Below are positions 9,641 through 19,133 of a DNA stretch of 64,000 nucleotides, piece by piece (position 1 is the stretch's first letter; every line of letters begins with the position of its first letter). Below the pieces are notes generated by a model. That model did not search any database. It saw only the letters and a program-made list of their open reading frames with translations, and was not told where the DNA came from. This DNA comes from a virus, in the IMG/VR virus record IMGVR_UViG_3300026521_000463, positions 1-64,000 of that record. One strand, written 5' to 3'. The translations under genes and the position numbers were made by a program.

Positions 9641-9963
9641 TCTTTTCTCCTTATTAAATGACGATATTTTTCTTTTAATCTACTAAAATCTTTCTCTTGC
9701 TTTAATACAGGAATTTTTAATCCTCTTTTTTTGAACTCGCTAAATGCTTGGCATTCAAGAGCAGATATTGAATGCAAGATATATTTTGACTTGATATAAT
9801 TCAATCTACATCCGCCATCTTTTAAAGATTGTTTGACTCTCAACCAAATATGCTTGAAAAGAAATATCATTTCATATCTTTTATAAATATCTTCTTCTGC
9901 TATTATTTTATCTCTAAAATCTTTTAAATCCATTTTTAAATCTAATAAAACTCCGTAATTCAT
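9637..9963 (-). CDS. hypothetical protein, paralogue of 22172..22630
   Basis: shared EMxF..K...RVK.S, IS.LE, P..K.EKDF..L. Confidence 0.7.
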   Translation of the reverse strand: MNYGVLLDLKMDLKDFRDKIIAEEDIYKRYEMIFLFKHIWLRVKQSLKDGGCRLNYIKSKYILHSISALECQAFSEFKKRGLKIPVLKQEKDFSRLKEKYRHLIRRKD

Positions 9964-9973
9964 TTTAAGTCCT

Positions 9974-10492
9974 TTAATTTATAATAATGTATCTTTTTGG
10001 ACTTTTTAATCCCATTTTATACAATACTTTTATATATTCATTTAAGTATTTTATAATTTTATTAGCAATATTTGAAGTCATTTGGTCTAATCTAACATTT
10101 ACATTGCTTTTCTTAGGACAAATAGTATCTATTGTCATAGAATGGATGTTATATTTTTTCATAATATCATTTCTGATATTTTCTTTAAAAAGAACTTCAT
10201 CAAAAACTTTTTTAACTTTTTTAGGTTCTACTATTTTTACACCTTTACCTTGCATAAGCAATTTTAAGATTAAGTTTTCAATATAATACCCATTTATTTT
10301 AAACGGAAAAGTTTCAGCATAATTCTTTGCTTTAATTCTTATTCCAGATTTTTTAAGTGAAACTATCACAAAATTATTACCTATATTTTTTAATCCTACA
10401 GCAAATGTTTTGTCGTTGTTATCAATTATATTAAACATTTCATCAGAAAATTGTTCTTTAAATAATTGAAATTTTAATTTTTTAGTATTCAT
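9974..10492 (-). CDS. hypothetical protein
   Basis: ORF with AGGAGA RBS. Confidence 0.7.
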   Translation of the reverse strand: MNTKKLKFQLFKEQFSDEMFNIIDNNDKTFAVGLKNIGNNFVIVSLKKSGIRIKAKNYAETFPFKINGYYIENLILKLLMQGKGVKIVEPKKVKKVFDEVLFKENIRNDIMKKYNIHSMTIDTICPKKSNVNVRLDQMTSNIANKIIKYLNEYIKVLYKMGLKSPKRYIIIN

Positions 10493-10502
10493 TTTTTCTC
10501 TC

Positions 10503-10586
10503 CTATCTTATTTCTAACCAATCGTGCAACCACATAGCAAATAAATAGGTTGCGATTAACACCCATAAAAGTTGTATATAGCACAT
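10503..10586 (-). CDS. 27-aa hydrophobic peptide
   Basis: MCYIQLLWVLIATYLFAMWLHDWLEIR, AAAGGA RBS, fills the intergenic gap. Confidence 0.5.
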   Translation of the reverse strand: MCYIQLLWVLIATYLFAMWLHDWLEIR

Positions 10587-10595
10587 AAAAATCCT

Positions 10596-11021
10596 TTAAC
10601 CAGCATTGAAACTTGCGACGATTTGACCTAACTCTACATCTTCAAGTGCTATCCCTATTTTTGATATTTTACTATCCAAATAATCCTTACCCATATCTTT
10701 TTCAATAAAATCTTTGACTTCATCTTCATTATAAGCACAATAAACAGCGCTATCGTATGTATCATAACCTGTAATCGTAGTCTCAACTAAAAATAATGAT
10801 TTTATCAAATCACTTTCTTCAAAATTTTTAACTCTTTCATCTAAAAATTTGTCAATATCAGCATAAAATTCGGCAATATATTTATAATCAAGAGTCAATT
10901 CAACTACTTCTTCCTTATTGAGTTTTTTATCAGATAATAATTTATATTCATTATCATCTATTTCATATTTATAGAAGTATTTCATAATTCCTCCTTTAAT
11001 ATGAAATTTTTTCAATTTCAT
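10596..11021 (-). CDS. hypothetical protein
   Basis: ORF track; true start probably MKYFY behind AGGAGG. Confidence 0.65.
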   Translation of the reverse strand: MKLKKFHIKGGIMKYFYKYEIDDNEYKLLSDKKLNKEEVVELTLDYKYIAEFYADIDKFLDERVKNFEESDLIKSLFLVETTITGYDTYDSAVYCAYNEDEVKDFIEKDMGKDYLDSKISKIGIALEDVELGQIVASFNAG

Positions 11022-11271
11022 AAATATCTAATCCGAATGTTTCACTAAATGCTACTCTTATTTCATCTTCAATATCTTTTTTAGAAATAAAAGTCATTGT
11101 TATTGAAGGCATTGCTCCGTTATAAGCATCAAAATAACATTCATATCCTTCAACATAAGATATTAAAACTCCTTGAACCATCATAAGTTCTTTAAATTTT
11201 TTTTCTAATTGATATAAGTTATAATTATCTTCCATTCCTTCGATATTTTCGCTCCATACTCTATATTTCAT
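10996..11271 (-). CDS. hypothetical protein
   Basis: starts at cassette ATG. Confidence 0.75.
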   Translation of the reverse strand: MKYRVWSENIEGMEDNYNLYQLEKKFKELMMVQGVLISYVEGYECYFDAYNGAMPSITMTFISKKDIEDEIRVAFSETFGLDIYEIEKISY

Positions 11272-11336
11272 GTGAATCCTTTCTACTTTATTTCTTTTTA
11301 CATTATAATTATAACAAAAAAGGAAACAGAAGTCAA
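11269..11336 (-). promoter_or_regulatory. class I promoter + RBS cassette
   Basis: TTGACT-N17-TATAAT; 43 bp identical to 14156-14198. Confidence 0.9.
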
Positions 11337-11506
11337 GTGTTTTGACTTATCTCTTTAAATTTTTTATAGAATTCATCTTCACTTCTGACAAATTTCAAGT
11401 TGCCATCCGTATAAATAACAGCATCCACCCACTTGTCATTCACTTGTATTTTACACTTATCTAATAATGTATAAATTTTATTATTACGATAATGCTTGTA
11501 TTTCAT
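11333..11506 (-). CDS. DUF1653-like small protein (57 aa)
   Basis: MKYKHYRNNKIY...AVIY...FVRSEDEF matches the YxHY..Y/VVY/VR..F pattern. Confidence 0.55.
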   Translation of the reverse strand: MKYKHYRNNKIYTLLDKCKIQVNDKWVDAVIYTDGNLKFVRSEDEFYKKFKEISQNT

Positions 11507-11979
11507 TATTCACCTTCTAAAAATTTTGATATCTGATATTCAATAAGTTTTTTTGTGAAGTCATTAAGTATTTCTTCAATATCAACATCTATCTCATCAT
11601 TAACATTCTTATTAAGATTTGTCAATTCATCTAAATTTCTTTTAAACTTATCTTTCAAATCTTCAATGTTTTCATCAGTCGCAACACCATTTTCTAACTT
11701 TCTTTCAATGTCTAAAATTTTATTAAATTCTTTTTTCATTTTTTCAATATCAAATGGTATTTTAACGACTCTCTTCTTGACTTCTCTATTAAGCATCTCA
11801 TTGATATATCTTTCAAACATATCTTTATCAGCACCTGGTATTTTTAAACCATTTAAACCTGAATCATAAGGCAAATTCAATTCAATAGGTATTTCAACTT
11901 TTGAATTAAGTAACACTTTAATTTCTAGATAAGTGCTTAAACTTCTTATATCTTTATCTATTTTTGAAACTAATTCCAT
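11506..11979 (-). CDS. hypothetical protein
   Basis: ORF with AGGAG RBS. Confidence 0.7.
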   Translation of the reverse strand: MELVSKIDKDIRSLSTYLEIKVLLNSKVEIPIELNLPYDSGLNGLKIPGADKDMFERYINEMLNREVKKRVVKIPFDIEKMKKEFNKILDIERKLENGVATDENIEDLKDKFKRNLDELTNLNKNVNDEIDVDIEEILNDFTKKLIEYQISKFLEGE

Positions 11980-11998
11980 TTTTTTCTCCTTTTAATTT

Positions 11999-12208
11999 TT
12001 ATGAAAATATAAATGTGTCAATAGGGAATAACAAAAAAGCACCTATAACCTGAACGATAATCAAGTGAATGTATTCCTGATATTTTGACGGGCAACAATC
12101 ATATTTTACAAGAAAATACAATGGTGCCATCATTATAAAAGCACTTAAAATCCATCTTAGAAGATAGATAAAAAATGTAACACTAAAATACATACTAAAA
12201 TAATCCAT
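11999..12208 (-). CDS. small two-helix membrane protein
   Basis: two hydrophobic segments. Confidence 0.6.
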   Translation of the reverse strand: MDYFSMYFSVTFFIYLLRWILSAFIMMAPLYFLVKYDCCPSKYQEYIHLIIVQVIGAFLLFPIDTFIFS

Positions 12209-13169
12209 TTTCTTTCCTTGAAATTTTATTTAATTCTTTTATCAAATCTTTATGAGCATAAATTTTTTCAGTTGCGACACCACCTATATTCCTTTTTATT
12301 TTTTCAAAAATCATTTTATAATCTTTATGCTCGAGATTATATTCAGAAACATAACATTTATAGGTTGATAAAAATTCATTTAATTCTTCAAAATTGAATT
12401 CAACATTATAACCACTTGTATTTTGATAAGGTGGGTCTAAATAAATAAAAGCATTATCTTCAAAATCCTTGAAATCAAGATAACTTTTATTATGAAATTC
12501 TATCTTTTCATTTTTAATAAAAGGTAAAACTTTATATAAAAGGTTCGTATTGTTAGCGTGCTGCAACATACATCTTTTAGATGGTATATAAGGTTCTACT
12601 ATTCCTTGTAATTTTATTTTTTTGAGTTGAAACTCTTCCATATTTTTAGGAATGCCCATTTCTAAAATATCATACATTTCTGGAATAACTTTTATTTCCT
12701 CCTGAAATTTATCAATTATTTTCTTATCATTGTCTCTAATTATTAAATGATAATACTCTTTCATTTTTTCATTATGTTTTCCGTAGATATAACTATCTCC
12801 CCCATTTCCAAAACTGTAACATTTTTCAAAAAATATCTTTTCGTATTTATCTTTGAACTCATAATCTCTTCTGAAGAAAGGTTTCATAAATCTTTCATAA
12901 AATTCTTCTTGACTTATATTCTTTAAAAACATTATGAAGTCAAACAAATCTTTGTCTAATTCATTATAAATAACTTTTTTAACATTCGGATGCTGTGCAA
13001 GTGAAAAAGAAACACTTCCTCCGCCACCGAATAAGTCATAAACAATAACATCCTGTCCAACCAAATCCTTATGATTTTCTAAAACTTTATTTAAGTGTGG
13101 TATAAGTTGTCTTTTACTCCCTTTATAAGGGACACCTACTGCTTTAACTTTATATTTTAAATCTTTCAT
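12195..13169 (-). CDS. D12-class N6-adenine DNA methyltransferase, copy 2
   Basis: PYKGSK, DLFGGGGSV, YLDPPY; clear paralogue of 4032..4976. Confidence 0.92.
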   Translation of the reverse strand: MKDLKYKVKAVGVPYKGSKRQLIPHLNKVLENHKDLVGQDVIVYDLFGGGGSVSFSLAQHPNVKKVIYNELDKDLFDFIMFLKNISQEEFYERFMKPFFRRDYEFKDKYEKIFFEKCYSFGNGGDSYIYGKHNEKMKEYYHLIIRDNDKKIIDKFQEEIKVIPEMYDILEMGIPKNMEEFQLKKIKLQGIVEPYIPSKRCMLQHANNTNLLYKVLPFIKNEKIEFHNKSYLDFKDFEDNAFIYLDPPYQNTSGYNVEFNFEELNEFLSTYKCYVSEYNLEHKDYKMIFEKIKRNIGGVATEKIYAHKDLIKELNKISRKENGLF

Positions 13170-13170
13170 T

Positions 13171-13461
13171 TTAATCCTTTATACTGCACTTACAAGGAGG
13201 AAATAAATAGTGTCTATATCCGTCTGTAAAATAAAAATATCCATCTACAAATTTTGAATTAGATTTATTTATTTCAATATAGTAGTTTCTATCAAAACAC
13301 TTAAAAGTTTTACCTTTTTGAAAATCATTTAAAATTTTTTTATCTGAATTTGAAAAAATAAGAATAAGCATTGTTATTATTACTAAAAATGCAGCAACAA
13401 TTGATAAGGTTTCTTTATCCATTTTGAATTCATTTTTCCTATTTAAAAAGTCGTATTTCAT
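13171..13461 (-). CDS. membrane-anchored hypothetical protein
   Basis: one TM helix. Confidence 0.6.
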   Translation of the reverse strand: MKYDFLNRKNEFKMDKETLSIVAAFLVIITMLILIFSNSDKKILNDFQKGKTFKCFDRNYYIEINKSNSKFVDGYFYFTDGYRHYLFPPCKCSIKD

Positions 13462-13652
13462 CTTATTCCTTCTAATTTGTTATTTATTTCATTTAAAAGT
13501 CGTGTTTGTTTTTCCATAACTTCCATTTTTAATTTTTCAATCTGAGCATTCATTTCAATTTTTTGCTTTCTTGTTTTATAGTCAAGGTAAGCACTAAAAA
13601 ATAAATAAGTGAATAACATTATTATAAAAATATACCCTGTATAACATTTCAT
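13458..13652 (-). CDS. small membrane-anchored coiled-coil protein
   Basis: N-terminal TM helix plus coiled tail. Confidence 0.6.
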   Translation of the reverse strand: MKCYTGYIFIIMLFTYLFFSAYLDYKTRKQKIEMNAQIEKLKMEVMEKQTRLLNEINNKLEGIR

Positions 13653-13662
13653 AATTTTCCCT

Positions 13663-14136
13663 TTAATGATTTAATAATTCTCTTCCATATTTTTCTTTAA
13701 ATAGTCTTTTGATTTCGTCTCTATCTGTAATACCATTTAATTCCATATCTGTCATAAAACATTGCTCTTCTTCACAATTTTGACAAATTTTTACTTGCAC
13801 TCCATTTTCTTCCCATTCATCATAAATAGGTGAATGATTGCATCCACAAAAAGAACAAGTTTCATAAGTTTCATATTCTTCATTTTCAACTTCATCTTTA
13901 TAAACTAATTCTCCGTTTTTAAGAGTTACATCATTTTCAAAATATCTTTCATCTAAACCGTGTTCTTCAATAATTTCATTAAAACATTCTTCACACATAA
14001 GAGTTATTTCATTGAATTTATATTCATCTAAATTATCTAAAACACTAAACCCTTTAATCGACATCGCATAAACTATTTTACTATTTTTATTCCCACAAAA
14101 ATCACATTTTTTGTTTTGTGTTTTTAATTCTTTCAT
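13663..14136 (-). CDS. double zinc-finger protein
   Basis: CDFC...CEEC and CSFC...CQNC. Confidence 0.7.
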   Translation of the reverse strand: MKELKTQNKKCDFCGNKNSKIVYAMSIKGFSVLDNLDEYKFNEITLMCEECFNEIIEEHGLDERYFENDVTLKNGELVYKDEVENEEYETYETCSFCGCNHSPIYDEWEENGVQVKICQNCEEEQCFMTDMELNGITDRDEIKRLFKEKYGRELLNH

Positions 14137-14196
14137 GTGAATCCTTTTTGTTTTATTTTACATTATAATTATAACAAAAAAGGAAACAGAAGTCAA
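14134..14196 (-). promoter_or_regulatory. class I promoter + RBS cassette
   Basis: TTGACT-N17-TATAAT ... GGATTCACATG. Confidence 0.9.
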
Positions 14197-14203
14197 GTAA
14201 ATT

Positions 14204-14614
14204 TTACTTAAATTTCCAAAATCTTTGTAGAATTGAAGTGATAATTTTGGATTGATTATAAGATATTTTAGGCAAGTTACTTACATTAAACCATTCTAAG
14301 CAATAAATTTCTCTATTTGGAAAATATGAATAGTCAATATCTTTATCATTAAAATTGACAAAAAATAATCCTACATCTTTTTTCTTATTTTTCTGTAAAA
14401 TGAAGTCTTCTAACTCATTTTTATTTAATTTGATATTTATCTCTTCCTCAACTTCACGAATGGCACATTCTTCAATCGTTTCATTATCTTCAATCTTACC
14501 TTTAATGAAATCATAAACTTCAAAATGCTTATTCGTTTTTGCAAGTAGAATTTTGACTTCATTATTTTTAAAATCTATTTTATAAGGTATAATTCCATAA
14601 CTTTTTTCTTTCAT
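14204..14614 (-). CDS. Nudix hydrolase (Ap4A hydrolase-like)
   Basis: Nudix box KGKIEDNETIEECAIREVEEE; SYGIIPY N-terminus. Confidence 0.9.
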   Translation of the reverse strand: MKEKSYGIIPYKIDFKNNEVKILLAKTNKHFEVYDFIKGKIEDNETIEECAIREVEEEINIKLNKNELEDFILQKNKKKDVGLFFVNFNDKDIDYSYFPNREIYCLEWFNVSNLPKISYNQSKIITSILQRFWKFK

Positions 14615-14623
14615 AATTGCCCT

Positions 14624-14809
14624 TTATTTTAAAATGACAACTACTGCTCCGACTATACCTAATAATTGTGGTAATGTTAAAGAACCAATCATAACAGGAC
14701 CTATAATAAGAGTTATAATAAACCCTATAAAATATCCAAGTCCAAAACCAATCATAACTGAAATTATCGCAATTGTCATAAGTAATAATCCTAATTTTAA
14801 AATATCCAT
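14624..14809 (-). CDS. small membrane protein
   Basis: almost wholly hydrophobic 61 aa, AGGAG RBS. Confidence 0.65.
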   Translation of the reverse strand: MDILKLGLLLMTIAIISVMIGFGLGYFIGFIITLIIGPVMIGSLTLPQLLGIVGAVVVILK

Positions 14810-14818
14810 TTTATCTCC

Positions 14819-15253
14819 TTAATTTTTAATTCTTTCTATGCTATCTTTACATTTAATAACACTATATTTGCCACCATCTGAACTGTATCCGCCTACTAAA
14901 ACTAATGAACCCCCTGCTGAAGATGAACTCTCAATTCTAATTTTTTTAGGTTCAAGATATAAAACTTCAACATTTCCATTTTGATATGCTTTAAAAGTTA
15001 TTTCATTTATTAAACCATTATAGCACACTTCACCTTTAGCAACAACAGTATTTTCTCCAAAATCTAAATGATTTTCTTGTCTTTCAAAAATAGAAATTTT
15101 ATTTTTGTTAGCAAATTCATTTAAAAGTCTATTTTCCTGTTTTAATACATCCGGATTTTCGTTTGCTTTATCTGCCCCCATAACAATAAAAAACGGCGAT
15201 AAAATAGCAAATAAAATAAATAACCCTGTAAGTTCTCCTCTAAATTTTTCCAT
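14819..15253 (-). CDS. membrane-anchored or exported protein
   Basis: N-terminal hydrophobic helix; cassette ATG. Confidence 0.7.
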   Translation of the reverse strand: MEKFRGELTGLFILFAILSPFFIVMGADKANENPDVLKQENRLLNEFANKNKISIFERQENHLDFGENTVVAKGEVCYNGLINEITFKAYQNGNVEVLYLEPKKIRIESSSSAGGSLVLVGGYSSDGGKYSVIKCKDSIERIKN

Positions 15254-15330
15254 GTGAATCCTTTTTGTTATATTTGAATTTTTATTTCTTTTTACATTAT
15301 AATTATAACAAAATAATTTTTAAAAGTCAA
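15251..15330 (-). promoter_or_regulatory. class I promoter + RBS cassette
   Basis: TTGACT-N17-TATAAT ... GGATTCACATG. Confidence 0.88.
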
Positions 15331-15336
15331 GAAGAT

Positions 15337-15630
15337 TTATTTATAATCTTCAATAAATCTTTTAAAATTAAAATTTGTTTTATAATCAGATGAAATATAT
15401 TTTAAAGAATTTATTTTATACTTTTTAAAAAAATTATCTAATCCTGTTTTTATAATTATATATTGAAAAGACATTTCTTTTCTTGGTGCTGCTTCATCAA
15501 TTACAATTCTTACAATTTTACCTTTTAGGTTTTGCTTTTTTGTGGGATGAGGAAAATAAACCTCGTCACCTAATTTGAAGTTAGCAAACTCGCCAACCAA
15601 TCTTTTAGATTGCGACCATTCATAAAACAT
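15337..15630 (-). CDS. hypothetical protein
   Basis: ORF with AGGAG RBS. Confidence 0.65.
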   Translation of the reverse strand: MFYEWSQSKRLVGEFANFKLGDEVYFPHPTKKQNLKGKIVRIVIDEAAPRKEMSFQYIIIKTGLDNFFKKYKINSLKYISSDYKTNFNFKRFIEDYK

Positions 15631-15648
15631 TTTTTCTCCTTAACTATT

Positions 15649-16290
15649 TTACTCATCTGAAATAAATGTAATCATTTTTCTTTCTAACATTTCATCTAAG
15701 AAATAATCTACAGATTCAATTAAGTCTTTTTTAATTTTATATTTATACCCGTATTTTAAAACTTTATTATGATTAAACAAAATTGTAAATTCAGAATGAT
15801 TTATCTTCGCAACCACATACTCATCTGTAAAAATTAAACTTATATGCTTTATCTGGTCTTTTTTAAGTTTTAAAACTTCAACCTTTTCTTCTTTAACAAA
15901 CATTTTTTCAAGTGTGAAATGATTTCTATAAATAAACCCTAAATAGTTATCGTCATAATTCTCGTCCATTAAATGATAAGTAGGAATTGCCCAAATCATA
16001 GGAAAAGTCATTTCATCCATATGAATTGTTTTTTCTTCGTTATTAAGGTCAATTATAATACCATTATCACGGAGTTCTTTTAAATTGAACTCCGTGTATC
16101 CTTCATCTGTAATCTTTAAAATATGTCTATAACTATATTCTAAATTGTCATAAAGAGTTTTGTATAAATCTTCAAAATTCTCAAAAACAAGTATTGAAGA
16201 ATGTTTTATAAGTTCTTTGGGCATTGACTTTACTATATCAACTAATTCCCCATCACTATTGAATTTTACAACTTTTTTTGCCATTTTCAT
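15649..16290 (-). CDS. hypothetical protein
   Basis: ORF track. Confidence 0.7.
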   Translation of the reverse strand: MKMAKKVVKFNSDGELVDIVKSMPKELIKHSSILVFENFEDLYKTLYDNLEYSYRHILKITDEGYTEFNLKELRDNGIIIDLNNEEKTIHMDEMTFPMIWAIPTYHLMDENYDDNYLGFIYRNHFTLEKMFVKEEKVEVLKLKKDQIKHISLIFTDEYVVAKINHSEFTILFNHNKVLKYGYKYKIKKDLIESVDYFLDEMLERKMITFISDE

Positions 16291-16293
16291 TCC

Positions 16294-17439
16294 TTACCAT
16301 CTACAACTTTCTTCAAGCAATTCTGCTTTATACTCCATATCCGTTTCATCATTTGTCATTTTTACTTCTTTATTGCTTTTAACCCTTTCAGGTGTTTTTA
16401 AAGGTTGTGTAACTTGAAATAATTCAACCCAATCAATAAGTTTGCTTTTATTCCAAACATTTTGACAATAAGCATATAACATCTCAGGATTTGTAATAAT
16501 TTCATCATCTTGTAAAACAATCAGCATTTGATAAACAAGTTCTTTTAAAAGGTTGAACGACTTCACAACTTTTGGATTGTAGTCTAATCCTATCTTTTTA
16601 AGTAAATCTCTTGTATCTTTCGCTCCTAAAAATTCTTGAAGTTTTTTATCTTCAATAATGCTAAATACTTCTTTATAAAGTTTTAAAGTTTCTTCTGTAA
16701 TTTTTAAGTTTAGTCCAGCAAATACTTTATTTGTTTTTACTGCTAATTCTTCACTTGCTAAAATTAAGTTGTCAATACTTACATCTTCAACTTTTTTACT
16801 TCTTAAATTTTTTGCTAAAATAATACTATTGAAATCACTCATTACAAGTCTAAAATCTAAAGCATCGTTTATGAAACCAACGATTGACGGCACAACTTCT
16901 GTCTTGATATTGTCAATAACTTTGTGTCTTTTTGGCAATAAACTTAAATTAAAATCTAATGCTGCTAACTGCTCAGGAACATCAAGTTTTGCCACAAGTT
17001 TATAAACATTTACAATTTCATTACTTGCAGGTTCTTCTAATTCATTCATTCTTTGCTCTAATAATTCAAGAATTTTCTTACCTATTTTTTCAGCACCTAA
17101 ACCACTTAACATAGACATCTCAATAAAGTTGATAACATTTTCCACATTTAATTTTGTTTTACCCGTAACTGTCAATTCAACATTTGAAATTTCTTTAGGA
17201 AATTCAGGTAATTTCACTTGAATACTTTTTCTATTAAGTTTTTTAATTGCTTCCTGTAATTTAGCAGTGTTTAATTTTTTGAAACCGAATAAAGAACTTA
17301 AATCATTTTTATCAAAATATCTTAAATCTGATAAATCAGTAACTTCTTCATTTTGTAAATTTTGGATAATTTCTTTGACTTTTTCTTCTTTAACTTTTAT
17401 ACCAGCACTTTCTAATAATTTTAATAATTCATTTTTCAT
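16294..17439 (-). CDS. protein with N-terminal SAM-like domain
   Basis: LQNEEVTDLSDLRYFDKNDLSSLFGFKKLNTAKLQEAIKKL fits the SAM consensus. Confidence 0.55.
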   Translation of the reverse strand: MKNELLKLLESAGIKVKEEKVKEIIQNLQNEEVTDLSDLRYFDKNDLSSLFGFKKLNTAKLQEAIKKLNRKSIQVKLPEFPKEISNVELTVTGKTKLNVENVINFIEMSMLSGLGAEKIGKKILELLEQRMNELEEPASNEIVNVYKLVAKLDVPEQLAALDFNLSLLPKRHKVIDNIKTEVVPSIVGFINDALDFRLVMSDFNSIILAKNLRSKKVEDVSIDNLILASEELAVKTNKVFAGLNLKITEETLKLYKEVFSIIEDKKLQEFLGAKDTRDLLKKIGLDYNPKVVKSFNLLKELVYQMLIVLQDDEIITNPEMLYAYCQNVWNKSKLIDWVELFQVTQPLKTPERVKSNKEVKMTNDETDMEYKAELLEESCRW

Positions 17440-17476
17440 AATTTCTCCTTGATTTTTAAGTAAATTTATTTTTAAA

Positions 17477-17707
17477 TTAAAATGAAAAGATAACTATATA
17501 ACTACCAAATACCATTAAAAACAATATAAAATAAAAAATATCCTGAGAAAGATATGATTTATTTTTTATATCATTTTTTAATTCTTTTCTTGAAAATTTT
17601 AAAAACTCTTCAAGAAGTGAAAAAGTCAATGCAAAAGCATGCAAAACTAATGGCACGATTATAAAAATTACAATAAGTAAATGGATTATAAAAAATAATA
17701 ATCCCAT
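17477..17707 (-). CDS. small two-helix membrane protein
   Basis: two hydrophobic segments. Confidence 0.6.
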   Translation of the reverse strand: MGLLFFIIHLLIVIFIIVPLVLHAFALTFSLLEEFLKFSRKELKNDIKNKSYLSQDIFYFILFLMVFGSYIVIFSF

Positions 17708-18528
17708 TACTCATCCTCACTTCTGAATTCTTCTTCATTGATATACTTATCAAATAATTCTGATTTATAATCTTCAAGTAATTCACTCCAAGTTCTTATT
17801 CTGCTTCTTTCAACCACACCACTTGCTGTTTCTTTCATATAAAGTTCTTTTTTACAAAATGTCCCATACTTAAACCATTCAGGACTCTCTCCAAAACTTT
17901 TGTCTGTTTTTTCATAAGTCAATGCAATTTGCTCATTTGCTGTTTTACCTTGTAGTTCTTTATGACTACAATATGCTTGAGCAAAACCTGTTTTGGCATT
18001 TCTAAAAACATCGTGATTTCTCCACTTGAAATTATCAAAAACTTCTTTAAGTGATTCAACACCATAAACTCTGGCATCAAAAAATGCTTCAAATCTTTTA
18101 CTTATAAGTGTATCCAGATATTTCAAATCCCATCCGTAATCTTTATAATGAATAGTTTCAATTTCCCAAAAAGCATTAAATTCTTTTGTGGCAAATGCCG
18201 ACAATAGACTTGCCATTTTTTGAGTTCTACCAGCAAAAGGATGTGTTTGTTTTTCATTTTCAGGTTTTGGAAAATAAAGCGTAATTTCATCAGAACCTGT
18301 GAAACCTAGATTGGCATTAAATTTATCTACTAATGCCACCATTGTATTAACCATAACTTTACCTAAAATTTCATCGTAAGGTTTTCTCAATTTTTTAGTG
18401 AATTTACTAAATTTATGACCATCAAGTCTAACAATAATGTGATTCCAGGGTGCTATAACTGTTTCAAAACTTTTTTCAATCTGTTTAAATTCATAATTTC
18501 TATTTATAATGTTTTCTTTCATTTTCAC
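17707..18528 (-). CDS. tRNA(His) guanylyltransferase Thg1-like 3'-5' polymerase
   Basis: IVRLDGHKFSKFT, GSDEITL, F.GR.QK..S, FDARV, WR..D. Confidence 0.93.
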   Translation of the reverse strand: MKMKENIINRNYEFKQIEKSFETVIAPWNHIIVRLDGHKFSKFTKKLRKPYDEILGKVMVNTMVALVDKFNANLGFTGSDEITLYFPKPENEKQTHPFAGRTQKMASLLSAFATKEFNAFWEIETIHYKDYGWDLKYLDTLISKRFEAFFDARVYGVESLKEVFDNFKWRNHDVFRNAKTGFAQAYCSHKELQGKTANEQIALTYEKTDKSFGESPEWFKYGTFCKKELYMKETASGVVERSRIRTWSELLEDYKSELFDKYINEEEFRSEDE

Positions 18529-18531
18529 TCC

Positions 18532-18912
18532 TTATGCTTTATACAATTCAATCAATTTTTGTAAAAATAATAATCTATGATAACAATACCATTTGCTATT
18601 GATATATGCTAATTCACTTCTAATTGCTTCCTCTTCAAACATTTCATCTTTAAAATTAACTTCATATTTATAGTCAATTGTTTTTAATAAATAATCTACT
18701 GCTTTTTCATTTTTAACAAGTGCTTTTTTGAACTCATCAAAATTGAAATTATCATTTTCAAAATAAAAATCATTAAACATCTTATATAATAAGTATCTAT
18801 AATAATCTGTCTTTGGATTTGTAAAACCATAATTCTTTTCTTTAAAATATCGTTTTACAATTTTTTCTCTTAAAAGTTGTAACTCTTTTTTCTTGTTTTT
18901 AACTTTTTTCAT
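18532..18912 (-). CDS. hypothetical protein
   Basis: ORF with RBS. Confidence 0.65.
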   Translation of the reverse strand: MKKVKNKKKELQLLREKIVKRYFKEKNYGFTNPKTDYYRYLLYKMFNDFYFENDNFNFDEFKKALVKNEKAVDYLLKTIDYKYEVNFKDEMFEEEAIRSELAYINSKWYCYHRLLFLQKLIELYKA

Positions 18913-18932
18913 TTCAATTCCTTCATGTGATT

Positions 18933-19133
18933 TTAGTGTAACGAATGTCTTAGATGTAATTTATGTGTTCTATGAATTTTTTTATTTTTTTCAACTTTTT
19001 CTGTCTTAGTATTCTTGTTTTTATCTTTCTCTTTTTGATAGACAGGATAAAAAATTACACTCATTGCTGAAACTAAAAACAATACTATAATCATATCTTC
19101 AAGTTTAAACTCTTGTTTTTTGTTATTTACCAT
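18933..19133 (-). CDS. small membrane-anchored protein
   Basis: FKLEDMIIVLFLVSAMSVIFYP hydrophobic helix (pilin-N-terminus-like). Confidence 0.6.
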   Translation of the reverse strand: MVNNKKQEFKLEDMIIVLFLVSAMSVIFYPVYQKEKDKNKNTKTEKVEKNKKIHRTHKLHLRHSLH

